A stretch of 64,000 bases of DNA from Lama guanicoe (lineage: Eukaryota), in contig MU053504.1 in the NCBI GenBank assembly GCA_013239625.1, positions 1,180,001 to 1,244,000 of the forward strand. Direction: 5' to 3'. Below the pieces are notes generated by a model. That model was not told the DNA's origin. It searched no databases and worked only from the letters and a program-made list of their open reading frames with translations. The translations under genes and the position numbers were made by a program. Each line of letters opens with the position of its first letter. Positions within the stretch are counted from its first letter, which is position 1. Below, piece by piece: positions 38,818 through 51,958 of the stretch.

Positions 38818-41800
38818 TCTGAATAGAGCATCTTCGATTTTAATGTGCATGCAAATCACCCCAGGAACTGGTACAGTGCAGATTCTGGTTCAGGGAGTCT
38901 GGGGTATGGCCCAGGAGTCTGCATTTCTAACCAGCTACCAGGTGATACCAGTGCTGCTGGACCCCAGACCACACTCATGGACTCACAGCTCTGCCTCTGA
39001 CACTATCCGAGGCAGGACCAGATAGACTCCTGAAAAAGTCATGGTACTCTCCCAATCCCTACACTTACAACACAAGAAAACTTGAATTCAACAAACCCAA
39101 CAAAACTCTTATTTTTCTTAAAGTGATTACTTTGACTTTTTGTTTAAATTTTTAAAAATTTTTTAAATTGTGTTTGATGCCCACACTTTGCTGGTCTTAA
39201 GCATGTGAATAATCCATTACTGCTCCAAGGGGAGGAGACTTGCCCAGGCCTCTGCAGCTTTGCCTCCTGGAGAAAGCCCCTCCCCATCATCCACCGCCCA
39301 CTGAGATGCCCCTGTTTTCTGTATCCCCCCACCAAAAGAACGGGGCACTTAAGCAGATCTAGGGCTTGGTGCTGGGGAGCAGATGGGAGGTCTGTAGCCC
39401 TCAAGATGTCCTCAGTAAAGAGACTGAAATGAGAGGCACACAAAAATACCAGCCAAAATAGCATTACATTCCTCTATGAGAACAAAAAAAAAAAAAAAAA
39501 ATCAGGAAACAACCTTAATTCCCATCAATTTGGGAAGGGTTAGCTAGATCACGTAAACTCATGCAAGAAATGCCACTGCTGATGACGGTACATGTCCACA
39601 GTCTGTGATCAGAAAAAAACACAGAGGTAAGTATGGTATGTGGTTAAGCAGAAACGGCAGGTTACAAATCAGCTTCTCTGTACAATGGGATTTACAGAAA
39701 TGTATTTACATATGTTTGCAGCTATACGTATGCTTTCTTCTTTCTGTGTTGCTTCGATTTTCTACATGGGTATAGTTTACAGCCAGAAAAACAATTAAAC
39801 TATTTTTAAAGCATCTGTTTATTCCACAGGCACAGATTTTTAACTTGTGAAGCCCCCACTGTAGGCTGGGCATAGGTCCAGGTGACACTGGGGTATCCTG
39901 ACTTGCCTGAGTCTTTGGCTCCTGTCTGCCGTCTGTAGTCTGATCATTTAGAATCAGAGAATGTTGGAATCAGTAAGACTCAGCCCACGCCCTTATTTCA
40001 TGGATGAGGGTGCAGAGGCTCAGAGAAGGTGAGTGACTTGCCAAGAGTCACACAGCCAGCTTGGCCCAGAGATAACAGAGCCCAGTCTCCTGGCTCTCAT
40101 CCCAGGGCTCTACTGCCAGGCTTAGGTGCTCTCCCCTAAATCTGAGTAGGAATTGTTTGGGGTTGTTGAGGCGGGGGTGGTTTTGAATGGCCCATCTTCT
40201 AGGAGCCCCAGTCCAGGCAAATCCAAGATGAAAGATAAAAAGGCCCTGGATGAGACTGTCATTAGTGGGGAGGAGTCTGACCCTGCACAGGCAGAAAAGC
40301 AGCTTTGGTAGGATAGGGCCCGGGTCTGCCTGGCCACTGGGGCAGAAGGCTGCAGGGCACCAGGGAAGGAGCCAGGTGCCAGGTGTCAGTAATTAAAGGC
40401 AATGCAGGCCTGCAAATAGCCCATTAAAGATGTTTGCCCTACATCAAACCAGCAAGCAGAACTCAACTCCTTTGCCACTTTCTGTAAAAAAACCAACCAC
40501 ATCAAACAATTCAGGGTTTTTATACACTTTCCCAAATGCTTGGGTGAACACAGGGAGTGAGGGCACACAGCGTACAGACCACCGCCTCCCCTCCGTGCCT
40601 GTCTCAGGGAGTCTATCCCCTCCCACTCCCCACTCCCTCCCACTCCCCACTCCCTCCCTGGCCGGTCCTACCCAACCTCTGATGACCCCAAGTCATCCTC
40701 TCGAGGCACTCCCCAACAAAGAGAATCTTCCTCCCAACTCCCAGGGGAACAAAATTCCCTCCGTTTCATCCCACACAAGGCTTTAGAAGCTCTGGAGTCC
40801 CGAGCCCTGGACTTTGAGCTAGAATCTTTGAGCCCAGGAATCTTAGACTTTTGAGCTAGAATGGCCCCCGAGAGTAACGTAGCCCAGTCTTTCTTAGTTC
40901 ACAGTGGGTGAAGCCAGGGTTCTGAGATGGAGAGGTCTTGCCCAAGGTCATGGGGCACTGGTAGCTGCCAGGTCTCTAAGCTCCAGGCTGTAGTCAGCTC
41001 ACAACGTTGCATTGGATTAGCCTTGACTTTGAACCAGAGAGCCTCCCCTCTCTATTCCCCACCTCCTCCTGAGAGACTAGGTTGACACCACTCTGGGCGG
41101 TTGGATTGTCCCAGGGAGGTCCTGCAAGGAGTTCAAAGGACAGAAGACCCTGCAAGAAGTCAGGTTGGGGATCTCTTTTCAATTTCTGGGGTAGATTGAA
41201 CCCAGGCAGAGGCAAGACAGTATGCCATCCTCGTCTCTTTAGCTCGGAAGCCCCAAACATTGAGGGGGCGGACAAGCTCAGAGGTGGTCCAACTCTCAAA
41301 AGTGCGGGTGATTGAGGAGGGGGTACAGGGGAGCCAGGATCCCCCAGCACCCAGGCCCTGGCCAGAGTTTTCCTTATCACCCTCTTAGTCACCAAAGAAA
41401 GAGAAGTCAGTCTTCATTTTACTAAAATTCAGGGAGGATCACAGACCTTGCTGGGGCAGCGTGACCAGGGCAGGAGCCAGGCTGCAAACCCAAGCCTGCG
41501 TGGGTCAAAAGTTTATTCCCCAGAAACTAAGGGCTCCTCCATCAAAGCTGAGCCTGTGGGTGGGTGTGTGCAGGTGTGCGGGAGGGTGTGGCATGGTGGG
41601 GCCTTGTCCCTAGAAGAGGATGGTGGGTCACTTCCCCTGCCGATGCCTCTGGAGCCCACACAGAAGAGAGAAAAACTTTCTCTTCTCACCCAGGAGAGGA
41701 GATGACAGCCCCAGACCAGATGCCATGAGGCCTGGTCCCACCCGCCTCTGCCACTTGTCACCACGTATCCTTAGAGTCCCCTCTCCTAACCTCCATCTTC

Positions 41801-42084
41801 TCATCTGAGTTGTTACGAAGGGTGAGGACGGCTGACCATAAAACCAGTTCCCTGGCTCCTTGCCAGGCTCGTGGCCCTCCTGGACCTCAGTTTCTCCCAC
41901 AATCCAGCTCGAAGCATTGGAAGGCCTCTTGGCTGGAGCCCCTCCCACACTGGACAGCTTCGAGGTGAAAAGCAAGGCAATTACTGGGTGTTTAGTGTCT
42001 TGGAGGTGTCACTGCTAGAGTGAGGAGGGCCACGCCTCCCCTTGAATTCTGACTGTCCTGCCTAGGAGTGTCCCAAGGCTCGCC

Positions 42085-42091
42085 TTATTAA
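42085..42091 (+). promoter_or_regulatory. TGM6: TATA-like element (TTATTAA) of the putative TGM6 promoter
   Basis: Short AT-rich island in GC-rich sequence ~90 nt upstream of the exon-1 ATG; implies a TSS near 42115 and a ~60-nt 5' UTR. Confidence 0.45.
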
Positions 42092-42177
42092 GTGGGTCTG
42101 GCTGGCTGCTCAGAAACAGAGTCCTGACAGTCCACACTCCACCGTGCAGAGGAAGCAAGGCGTCGGGCAGCCCTGGC

Positions 42178-42184
42178 ATGGCAG
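42178..42184 (+). CDS. TGM6: Transglutaminase 6, exon 1 coding part (ATG GCA G)
   Basis: ggcATGGCAG|gtgagt: good Kozak context and consensus donor. The phase-1 junction to exon 2 gives MAGIRVT, the TGM6 N-terminus. Confidence 0.85.
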
Positions 42185-44759
42185 GTGAGTGGGCTGGGCC
42201 TGGGGGCCTTGGGGCACCAGGGCCCCTGCGAGAAGCTTCGGGAAGCGGTTGTCTGTGGAATGAAACTTTGGTCACTGATTCTCAGGATCATGAAGCTGCA
42301 CGGTCCATGAGCTGTTCCTGCCTGTTCAAGAGAACCCGGGGGCCCAGAGATGGAAAGAGCCTTCTCTTGACCACCCAGCAAGCAAGTCCGAGACAGAGTC
42401 CTTCCCAGACTGGGGCCAGGCCTTCCCCGCATGCCTTGCTGGGCTGGAGGAGGGGGGATCAGAAAGGGAAGTGGAAAGATCTGAAGTCCTCTCACACCCC
42501 ATGTAGATTACATGGATCCAGAAACATGTCTGGGCAGAGCTGGGGATGTGGGCTCAGGGAGGAGAAAGGAGACGCCCCACGGGCTGCATCCTCTTCAAAT
42601 TCCCACCTCAAAGATTCAAATGCAAGAGCAGCTCTGTCCAAGGAGAAAAGAGCTATGTGACCTTGAACAAGAGAATTTGCCCTTGGTGCCTCCATTTTCC
42701 CATCTGTACGATGGGAATTATAATTCAAATCACCTCACAGGCCTGCAGTGAGGAACTGTTGAGACCGAGTCTGCCTTTCCCCCCACGATATCTCACATGG
42801 GGCCTTGTGAGATACTCTCAGAAAATGTGCCTCCCCCTCCAGTCTCAATACAGTGAGGGACAAATTCCCCTCCCACCCTGGGAACTTGTCTGCTAGTCAA
42901 CAGTTACATATTTTATACCTATTCTGTGCTGGGAATGGGGTCCAGTGGTGAGCAAGCCAAGTCAACAGAAGCAGGGGTCCTATTCTCATAAGTCTTTAAA
43001 GGATATTTCTAATTCTATGTTCCTATTTTCAGTTGTTCAGTATCATGTGACAATTTTAGGAGTCTTGTTTATTTTTTGACTTTCAAAGGCAGGTATTTTA
43101 ATTCCCTTATCGTATTTGAACTTTCTCTTCTTACTTTCCCCTGGCAATTGGGAACATTACTGGCATCCTGGGCCCTTCCTCTCTTGGGAGGGTCAGCTCC
43201 CCATGGACTAGGCCTTGCCACCCCAGCTCACCCCCTTGGCTTTTGTTTCCAGAGCTGGAGTGGCTTCTCCCTTTAGTCCTGGGTTAGAGGGCGCTGGCTT
43301 TGCTTCCTTCAGGATCTGCTTTTCAGGACTCACCTAGAGGTCCCTCTTCCCTAAGTATTTACTATACCATCAGCCTTAAACTTGACCAAGTTTAATTGCT
43401 GAAAAAGGATCCTTCTAGGATCAAAGTCAGCAACGGGGGTTCCAATGTCAGGTCTAACTTACTGGGTGATCATTCGTCTCTTTGAACCTCAATTTCTCCA
43501 TCTGTAAAATATCAGGGTTGGATTCATCATGCCTAGTATATAAACTGACTATTAAGTTGAATTCAATCCCCAGTCTTCTGGGTTTTCCTGGCTTCTTGGA
43601 GACCTGCTCCTCAGAGCAGTCGACCAAGCCTACTACACAATCTGTGCATGAATGACAAGACATCAGATCCTGGGTGGAAAGTATGTGGCCTGCCTGTGGC
43701 CCCTTCTCACCCCCTCCCTCACACTGTTTGTGGCAGACATCACTAGTTGATGCCACAGAGCCTGAATGTGGCCCCAGGAGTCTCCTCAATGTAGTTCTTC
43801 AGGTCGTCCCTACCGGTTGATCAGCGTTAGAAAATGAAAGAAGATCCTTTTCCCATTGTTGAATTATAATAATCTTTTGGCTCAGAAATTCTAAGAATCA
43901 AGAATACTCTGTGTGGGGTTGGCTCCAGCTGGGACATTGGGTTGGAGCTGATGGGCCACTGCTTACTGGTGAGAGAGGCCAGCAGCTTCCGACAGGACCA
44001 GGAAGGAAAGGGAGACTGGGAAGTGGCCCCAGGCAACTCCTCAATGAATCATTTAGTTGGGGAGATCAGGTGCCCATGATGCACACTAAGGATAAGGTCA
44101 TAATGGGTCCCATTAAAAACCAATTACATTGAGTCCAGAATCTGGGAGATGATACTGGTTTCATCAGAGCCTCCTGGGTTCAGCCCCATGGGGTGCCATC
44201 CCCAAGCTGGGACAGAGATCTAGGGAGCAGAGCATCATCAGCTGTTTGGTATCACCCAAGGGCAGGAGGAGAAACAGCTGGGTTGAGCTAGGGCTGTGGG
44301 TGGGAGGCGATCCTCTGCACATGGACCCTTCTTTCCAAGTAGGACTCTTTCTTAGGCTGATCTCAGGCCAGCTGGTGAGCAAGTGAGCTGGAGAGGAGAC
44401 GGTGAGGTTGGCAGGGGAGGGAGAGGCAGGTGATAGGCAGGCCAGATGGTGGGGATGGGGGAGCTTGAATGCCAGCATAATGGTCAGGGATTTGATGGCT
44501 CTTCAGCGGGGGAAATGACATGTTGACCCTTGTGCAGTCAGGAAATCCCTTCTCCTCACTGACTCTCAGTTTCTCCATGATAACAGGATGGGTTGAAGAG
44601 GATGAACTGAAAATGTTCTGAGGCTCTTGGGGCCTTCAATGATTTAAACAAGAGGTGAAGATGGGGAGTAAAAAGAAAATCAATGCATGTAGGAATTGGG
44701 AGGGGAAGACCAAAGTGGTGGGGGAGAAAGGAGGCGGTGATGATATAAAACCCCCACTA

Positions 44760-45270
44760 TTTTTTTAAATTTTAATTGAAGTATAGTTGATTCACAATGT
44801 TGTGTTAGCTTTTGGTGTACAGCAAAATGATATGGAAATATATATTCTTTTTCATAATCTTTACCATCATGCTTTATTACAGGATAGTAAATACAGTTCC
44901 CTGTGTTATACAGTAGGACTTTATTGTTTATCTATTTTCTACATAGTCGTTTGTATCTGCTAATGCCAAACTCCTAGTTTATCCCTCCTCTCCTTTCTCC
45001 TTTGGTACCCATAAGTTTATTTTCTGTGTCTGTGAGTCTGTTTCCATTTTGTAAACAGGTTCATTTGTATCATATGTGAGATTCCACATGTAAGTGATGT
45101 CATATGGTATTTGTCTTTCTCTGTCTGATTGCTTCACTTAGAATGATAATCTCTAGGTCCATCCATGTTGTTGCAAATGGCATTATTTCATTCTTTTATA
45201 TCTGAGTGGTGTTTCTTTGTGTATATATATACCATATCTTCTTTATCCATTCACCTGTCAATGGACACTT
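44760..45270 (-). mobile_element. 5'-truncated L1 3' UTR in TGM6 intron 1
   Basis: Poly-T, aattgaagtatagttgattcacaatgttgtg...tctctaggtccatccatgttgttgcaaatggcattatttc, typical antisense L1 3' end. Confidence 0.85.
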
Positions 45271-46567
45271 AAAAATCCCAGTCTAGTAGTCTCATAACCA
45301 TGGTACTCTGCTAAGTACCTTATAAGTAAGAAGACCACTCATATCAGCTGAAATTTGTTGTCCTAGAGTTTATTAATGGCTTCTCCTTTCACTCTCAGAA
45401 TTTACAGATTTAGGTGACGAATTTACTCATTACCCTATTTAATCATTACCTCATCCACCCCAAAACTCTATGAGGAAATTATTATTATGCCACTTCAGAG
45501 AGGTCCACTAATTTATCCAGGGCCACACAGCCAATAAATGAAAGATCAGGATTGCATTAATTGTCAGAACACTGGAATGGCAGCCGGGAGTTCTTGTGCA
45601 AATACTGAAGATAATTATCTGAGTAATAACACTCACCTTTATTGAGTGCCTAATATGTGCCAGTACTGTTCTAATTACTCTATGTGAATTATTGTATTTA
45701 ATTCTCACAACTCAAGGAGGGGGCTACTATCATCACCTCCATTTTCACCAGGAGACTGAGGATCAGAAAGGTTCAGTCACTTGCCTCGGGACACACAGCC
45801 AACAAGCGGCAAAGTCTGCACTTGAATTCAAGTGTGTGCCTCTGAAATCAGCCTTCTAATTGCTGTGTGAGGTGGAAAGAAAGTCCACCTTTCCTAAGAC
45901 AGGAAGATGGGGTGGAGAAGGGAAGGAGACCTGCAGAGGAAGGAAGTCAGGAAGGAAGGGCAGGTTTTGGAAAGTGACTGCTTCAGAGAGAGGGATTATG
46001 GATGGGTGGGGAGCAGATGATGGAGCATAGGTGCTGATCCTCTAAGGTGTGCCAGGAAGCTGTAAGCATTGGCTGTCCTTTTCACAGCCTCGTCCCTGTC
46101 AAGGGACGGGGAGTGACATCCATTCATTCATTCAGCCATGAACACTGTGCCCTGGGCCCTAAGCCAGGCTCTCCCAGCCCAGAGAGCATGAAACCCAGGC
46201 CTTTCCTTCATGGGGCTTAGTCCAGTGGAGGAGAGAGAGAGAGATGTGAGCAAACAGCTAAAACCCAGCTCCCTTGATGATTCACCAGGGATGGAAACCT
46301 TAGTCTCAGACAGAAAAACTCGAGCTGAGCACATGGAGGAAATGATACTGGGTTTATTTTGATGGGGCGTCTGGAAACCAGAGCAGTGACTTCAGGGGTT
46401 AGGGCAGGTGTACACTGGTAGCAATGGCAGGTCAGGATTTCTCGGTAACAGCTCTGAAAAACCATCAAGGGGCAACAGGTAGGGGTAAAAGGGTAAGGGT
46501 AGGGACAAGTGGGGAGACGTTGCAAGAAAAAAGACCTCAGTTCAGCAGAAGGAAGGACTCCTTAACG

Positions 46568-47339
46568 TCTGGGCGGCCAATGAGCCGCCTCTCAGAGATA
46601 TGACGCGAGAGCTATGATCAAGTATCCACTGGGAGCTGGGCTGAGCGAACTTGACCTGGAAAGGAAGTTGTGAGACAGATGGACTCTGAGATTTGGGGAT
46701 AATGATAATGGCTGCTCTGACTCATCCCACCCCTCCTGCCCTCCTTTGAGGAGCCTATGGAGGCCCCGAGGCTGGTGGGAGCTGGTTTGGTCTGCGACTG
46801 GGAAAAGGGAAGCCGAGCTGGCATCCTCGGGGCTGGAACCCCTGACCCAGGTCCTGGAACCCTCATCACACCCCCAACCCCCCTTGTCAGCAGCCCTAGG
46901 GCAGGCCCGAGCTGAGGTCATTACCACCTAATAACCTCACCCCCTGCTCCTGACTCATCCTTTAAAAAAAAAAAAAAAGTTGGGGCCTGGCCTGGCCTGG
47001 CCTGTCCCCACAGAGGTTGTGGCTTGGCTTTGATCCAGCATGCCCTCAGGCAGGAGTCCCTTTCTTCCATCTCCAGGTCTCAGTTTCTGTCAGTCAGATG
47101 GAGACCTGGGCTTCTCATGGCCTTTCCAGCTCTGCTGATATTAAATTAGACAATTCTGTGTGCAAGGGAAATGGGGTGCCTTTCTGTGTTTGGGGGCTAA
47201 ACAGAGACCACCTGAGCTCAGTTTTCTGGGTGGCCAACGAGCCGCCTCTCAGAGATATAATGCGGGAACTATGATCAAGTATCCACTGGGAGCTGGGCTG
47301 AGGGAACTTAATCCGGACAGGAAGTTGTGAGAGAGATGG
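46568..47339 (+). repeat. 115-bp dispersed direct repeat pair (46568-46682 and 47225-47339)
   Basis: Ungapped manual alignment, about 12 mismatches in 115 nt. Confidence 0.92.
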
Positions 47340-49130
47340 TCTTGAGACTTGAGACTTGAACTACTGGGCTCACTCTGTGTGAAGGCTTCAGTCCTACTTT
47401 TAGATGGGAGAACAGGCCAGCCACGGGCACTAACGTTGGGCTCCTGCCTCACCAGGTCGCTGTTGGACCTGGATCCTGCACAGACCTCACTCACCCACCA
47501 CAGTGGTGCCTGCAGGAGTTGCAGGAGTGCCTGGGACGCATGCGTCAGCCAAGTCAAGTTCCTTCCCACGTTCAGTCATTATCCCCATTATCTAGGCCAA
47601 GCTAGAACTAGCCTTTCCCCTGAGTCTCAGGCCTGGGTTTGAGACAGTAGCACCATCTCAGCACAAGTGGAGACCAGTTAGAAGACTGTGGCCATCTAAA
47701 TGAGAGAGGCATCGGCTGCTTGGCGCAGCGTAGCGGTGGAGACGGAGACGTGGGGTGAACTTGGGGCGGGTTTTGGAGGTGGTGCTGTCTGGACTTGATG
47801 ATGGATTGTATGAGAGATGTGAGAGCAAAAGGGAGTCAAAGCAGATTCCTCGGTTTGGGCCTGAGCTCCAGGGCAGATGGGATGCCACCTACCAAGACGG
47901 GCGAGAGCAGGGATTTGGGGATGGGATGGGCATGCTAGGTTGCATTTGCCTAGAAGACCACCAAATGGAGATTGCAAGTAGATGGTTGAATATATTGTCT
48001 GGATTTCAAAGAAGTTAGAGTGGAAATATAAACTTGGGTGATAGCAGCAACAGACCTCAATCCAGACAACTTCATTTCATCAAAAAACTTCCAGTAATGG
48101 TGAACCTCAAAAGGCAAGAGTTTGAGGGCCGCATTTGTTTCCTCCTGAGGTGCTCCTTGTATAAATGTTCCCACCTCTCCCTCAGTTTCATATCCCAAGC
48201 AGGACTTAGAGGAGCCGTCTTTGCTAGGCCACGAAGGTCCTGTGATGCCTCACCCCAGAGAGCGGGCACCTGGTCCCCACAGACGTGTGGAAGTCAAGGA
48301 GGCCACTCCAGGGATATTTTTCCAAATAAAATCTGCTCTAAACTGAGTTGCTCGCTCCACCTCTTGATATAGAAAAAAACTAGTAGAATTTCTGAAATTC
48401 TTCCTCACTGTGGCTGCATAAAAAATCACCCCATGACACTGGCTTTAAACAGTAACAGTCACTGATTACTGTTCTTACTCACAGAACTGGGGTCAGGGTC
48501 CAGGTTTGTCTGGCTCCAAAGCCTGTGTTTTCTCCATCCCACACCCTGGCTATTCAAGATTTGACCATTTCTGATCTCAGCCCATGGTTGTCAGAGAGGC
48601 AGGATAGCATAGAATTCTGATACCACCATGATGAAGCTGTGTGAATTTCATCAAGTTACTTAACCTTCTGTGCCTCAGTTTCCTCATCTGTAAAATGAGG
48701 GGTGATAATAGTACTTACCTCACAAGGTTGTTGCCAAGCTTAAATGAGTTTATAAATGTAAAGCACAGAGGACAATGTCTAATTATATATAAATTTTATA
48801 TATTAACTATTCATCTTAGTCTTATTATTCTTACCATCATAGTTAGGGGCAGGGTGGCTTTCTCATCCTGGGACAGCTTTACCCAGCATCTGAGTTAGGG
48901 TTCACATGTTGGAAAGAAGAGCTGAATGTTATTATTGAAGAAGGGTCCTAAAAATCTGTCCAGACACCAGAGTTTCATGTTGAGTTTAGCAGATATGAAT
49001 CAACAACCCAAACTGAAATGGGAAAGATGTGTCGTATTTGCTGACACTACTTAAATCAAATTAAATCTAAGTCCTGGTCCCACTAGGCTTGTCAGAAAAT
49101 TCCATCCCAGTTGTTGCTGGGGCCCCCTCC

Positions 49131-49810
49131 GTGTTTCAGTTATCTGTCACTGCGTAAGAAATCACCCCAACACTTAGAGGCTTAAAGCAACAGCAGTCAT
49201 TCTCTCACTCATGAACCTGCGATTTGGACAGAGCGCAGCGGGGACAGCTTGTCTCCACTCCATCTGATACGGGTTGGCGCAGCATGACTGGGGGCGGGAA
49301 GATTTGCTTGCAAGATGGCTCACTCCTGTGGCTGCCAAGATGGTGCTGGCTGCCAGCTGGGAGCTCGTGGGTTGGGTTGGTTCCTTTCCACATGGGCTTC
49401 TCCAAGGGCCATTTGACCTTCTTCATGGGACTTTTGGGTCCCAAGGTCAAGAACTCAAAGGAACCAGGCAGGTGCTGGCTGTCGGCTAGGAGCTCATTGG
49501 GCTGTGGTTGGGGAGTCTTGGTTCCTCTCCATCTGGGCTTCTCCAAGAGCCATTTGGCCTTCTTTATGGTGTGGCCATTGGATTTCAAGACCAAGAGCTC
49601 TAGGGAATCAGATGGAAGCTGTATTAATTTTTATGATCTAGTGTTGGAAGTCACAGAGTGTTACTCTGCTTTAACCACAAGTCCTCCCAGATTCAGGGGG
49701 AGGAGATATATATCCCACTTCTTGATGAGAGAAGTATCAACGTCACATTTATAAAAAGAGTATTTGGGATGGGAGATATTATTGCAACCACCTTTGGAAA
49801 GCACAGTCTA
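49131..49810 (-). mobile_element. MaLR solo LTR (MLT1 family) with internal duplication
   Basis: tgtttcagttatctgtcactgcgtaagaaatcaccccaacacttagaggcttaaagcaac is the typical antisense MLT1 end. Confidence 0.7.
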
Positions 49811-51958
49811 CTGCTCCCGTAACCAAAAGGTTAAACAGAAGTTCTAGAGTCTAAAATACCAGGCATTTTGGTCGCCTCTCTCCAGACCTTGGCCCAGACG
49901 AACCACTGCTCTGATACGCATGGTCCAAGCCCATGTTGTATTTTAGGGTCTGGGACTTCTGGGTTTGTGCACTCCTGTGAGGTCAAAGGTAAGGGCAGCC
50001 TAGCCCAGGGGTTCCTCGCACACACAGACTCAGGAGCCAGATTCCCAGCTCCTTCACTAATAGGCTGTGTGCCTCTGAGCCTCAGCTTCTTCAGCCATGA
50101 AGTTGGGATAATAACGCTAATGCCTCCCTCATATGTTTTATGAAGATTAAATGAGCTAATGTTTATAAAATATTTAGAAAAGTGCTTGGTTCATAGAAAG
50201 TTTTATTAAATAAAACCTATCCCCTATACTTCAATAATATATATACATATATTTTTTTTAAAAAAAAAAAGAAAAAACCTATCCAATAGTCCAGTCAGCA
50301 ATTCCTGGGCACTTACTGTGTGCTGGGCACCAAATAAAATAGAGCCAAGAGCCGCATGGCAGGTGCCCTTGGGCAGAGAGTACTTGATGATATTACTTCA
50401 ATGGTCCTCAACCGTGGCAGACTATATTTCACAGGATGGCCAGATCAGTATACATCTCATCTCGTGTGTTCTTATGATGTGACATTGACCCATTTTCATC
50501 AAGGAGTGGGGTGTGCTCCATCCCCTTGAACCTGGGTGGACCTCACAAGATTGTTAGGAAGCATAAATATTTGCAAAGCTTTTATTATGCTTATTTTTAA
50601 TTATTCCAAACCTAACATTTGATTAAACTCAGGTGGGATGAACTCTGGCGGAAGGACAACGATGCCTTCTCAGAGGTGGAGCCAGGCATCCAGTCCGAAG
50701 GGACCTAGGGGAGACAGGGAAGTGATGATCAGGCAGGACTGTGGGCAGATGGCTGGAGAGGCAGCTCCAGCAAAGGGGAAAGGAGCCATGAGAGGGGAGA
50801 TGAGCTGGAGGGGAGGGAAGCAGAGGGATCCTGCAGGATCCTTTGTCTGAGATGAAGTTTGGATGGGTTGGAAGGGGCAACGGGGCATCCAGGAGACAGT
50901 GGGGAGCAGGTATGCGATGAGATGAAAACGTGTGTGAGGAAGAGCATCCCACAGCATCCCATCAGGCATCATGATTAATCTTCCACTCTGTGCCACAGGA
51001 ATCTTACCAAGGTGTAAATCTGACCATCATGCCCCTGCTGAAAACACTTGCAGACTACCCCCGCCCTCAGGAAAAATGTTACACTCATCCCCATCCGAGC
51101 TTGGCGATCTGGCCCTGCAGACTCCTCTCACCTCACTGCCTTCCCCACACATCGATGGGCTTTCCCTTAACAGTGTAGAAGTCACCAGGCTCCCTCCTGT
51201 CTCCATGCTTAGGGGCCAGGACTGCACAAGCCCTGTATTCTGTGCCCCTGGGGCTCCCTACACCTCTCCTTGGGGGAACTTTCCAAAGCTTGCTCTCCCA
51301 TGTTTGAGATATATCTGCTCAGTGCTGACCGCTGGACTGTCAGCTGCTGGTGTCAGGGCAGGTGTATATTTCATGAACTATTGGGTCTGCAGCACCCAGC
51401 ACACCTGACACCTGGATGAATGAACCTTGAGTAGGTGGAGGCAGACGGAGCCTGGGTTGAGGCTGGGCATGCCACCTACCTGTCCTCTGACAGAGCCCCA
51501 TCCAGTTCAAGACTCAGCCTCAGCACCGCCTTCTCAAGCAAGCCTCGCACATTACCCATCTGTTACATGTTCTTTCAGCTCCATGTACTTTTCCTTGACA
51601 GTGTGTATCCAAATAATAATTAGCTATTTGTGGACTCACCGATACTTGTCTGGAACAGAGGAACCCACATTTATTGGGTGAGATGTTCTATGGGCTGTGA
51701 ATGGCAGGCAGGTATCCTCACAATCACTCCACAAGGTACTGTTATTCCCACTCTACAGAAGGGGAAACTGAGGCACAGAGAGGTGAAGCAGAAGGTAGTT
51801 TAGCAAGTTGATGACCAAGTCAGGATTTGAACCCACACCAGCTGACCCCAGAGGCTGTGCTCATAACCACAGAGCCACACGGCCTCACTGCGTCTCCCTC
51901 CATCTGTCTTGTTCACCAGTATGTCCCAGTACCAGACACCAGCCTGACACAGAGAATA

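Noticed and set aside
46589..46691. Box C/D snoRNA in repeat copy 1 (ATGATCA...CTGA, terminal tctcagag/ctctgaga)
   Set aside because: The C box is imperfect, the stem overlaps the D box, and the 3' arm is not kept in copy 2.
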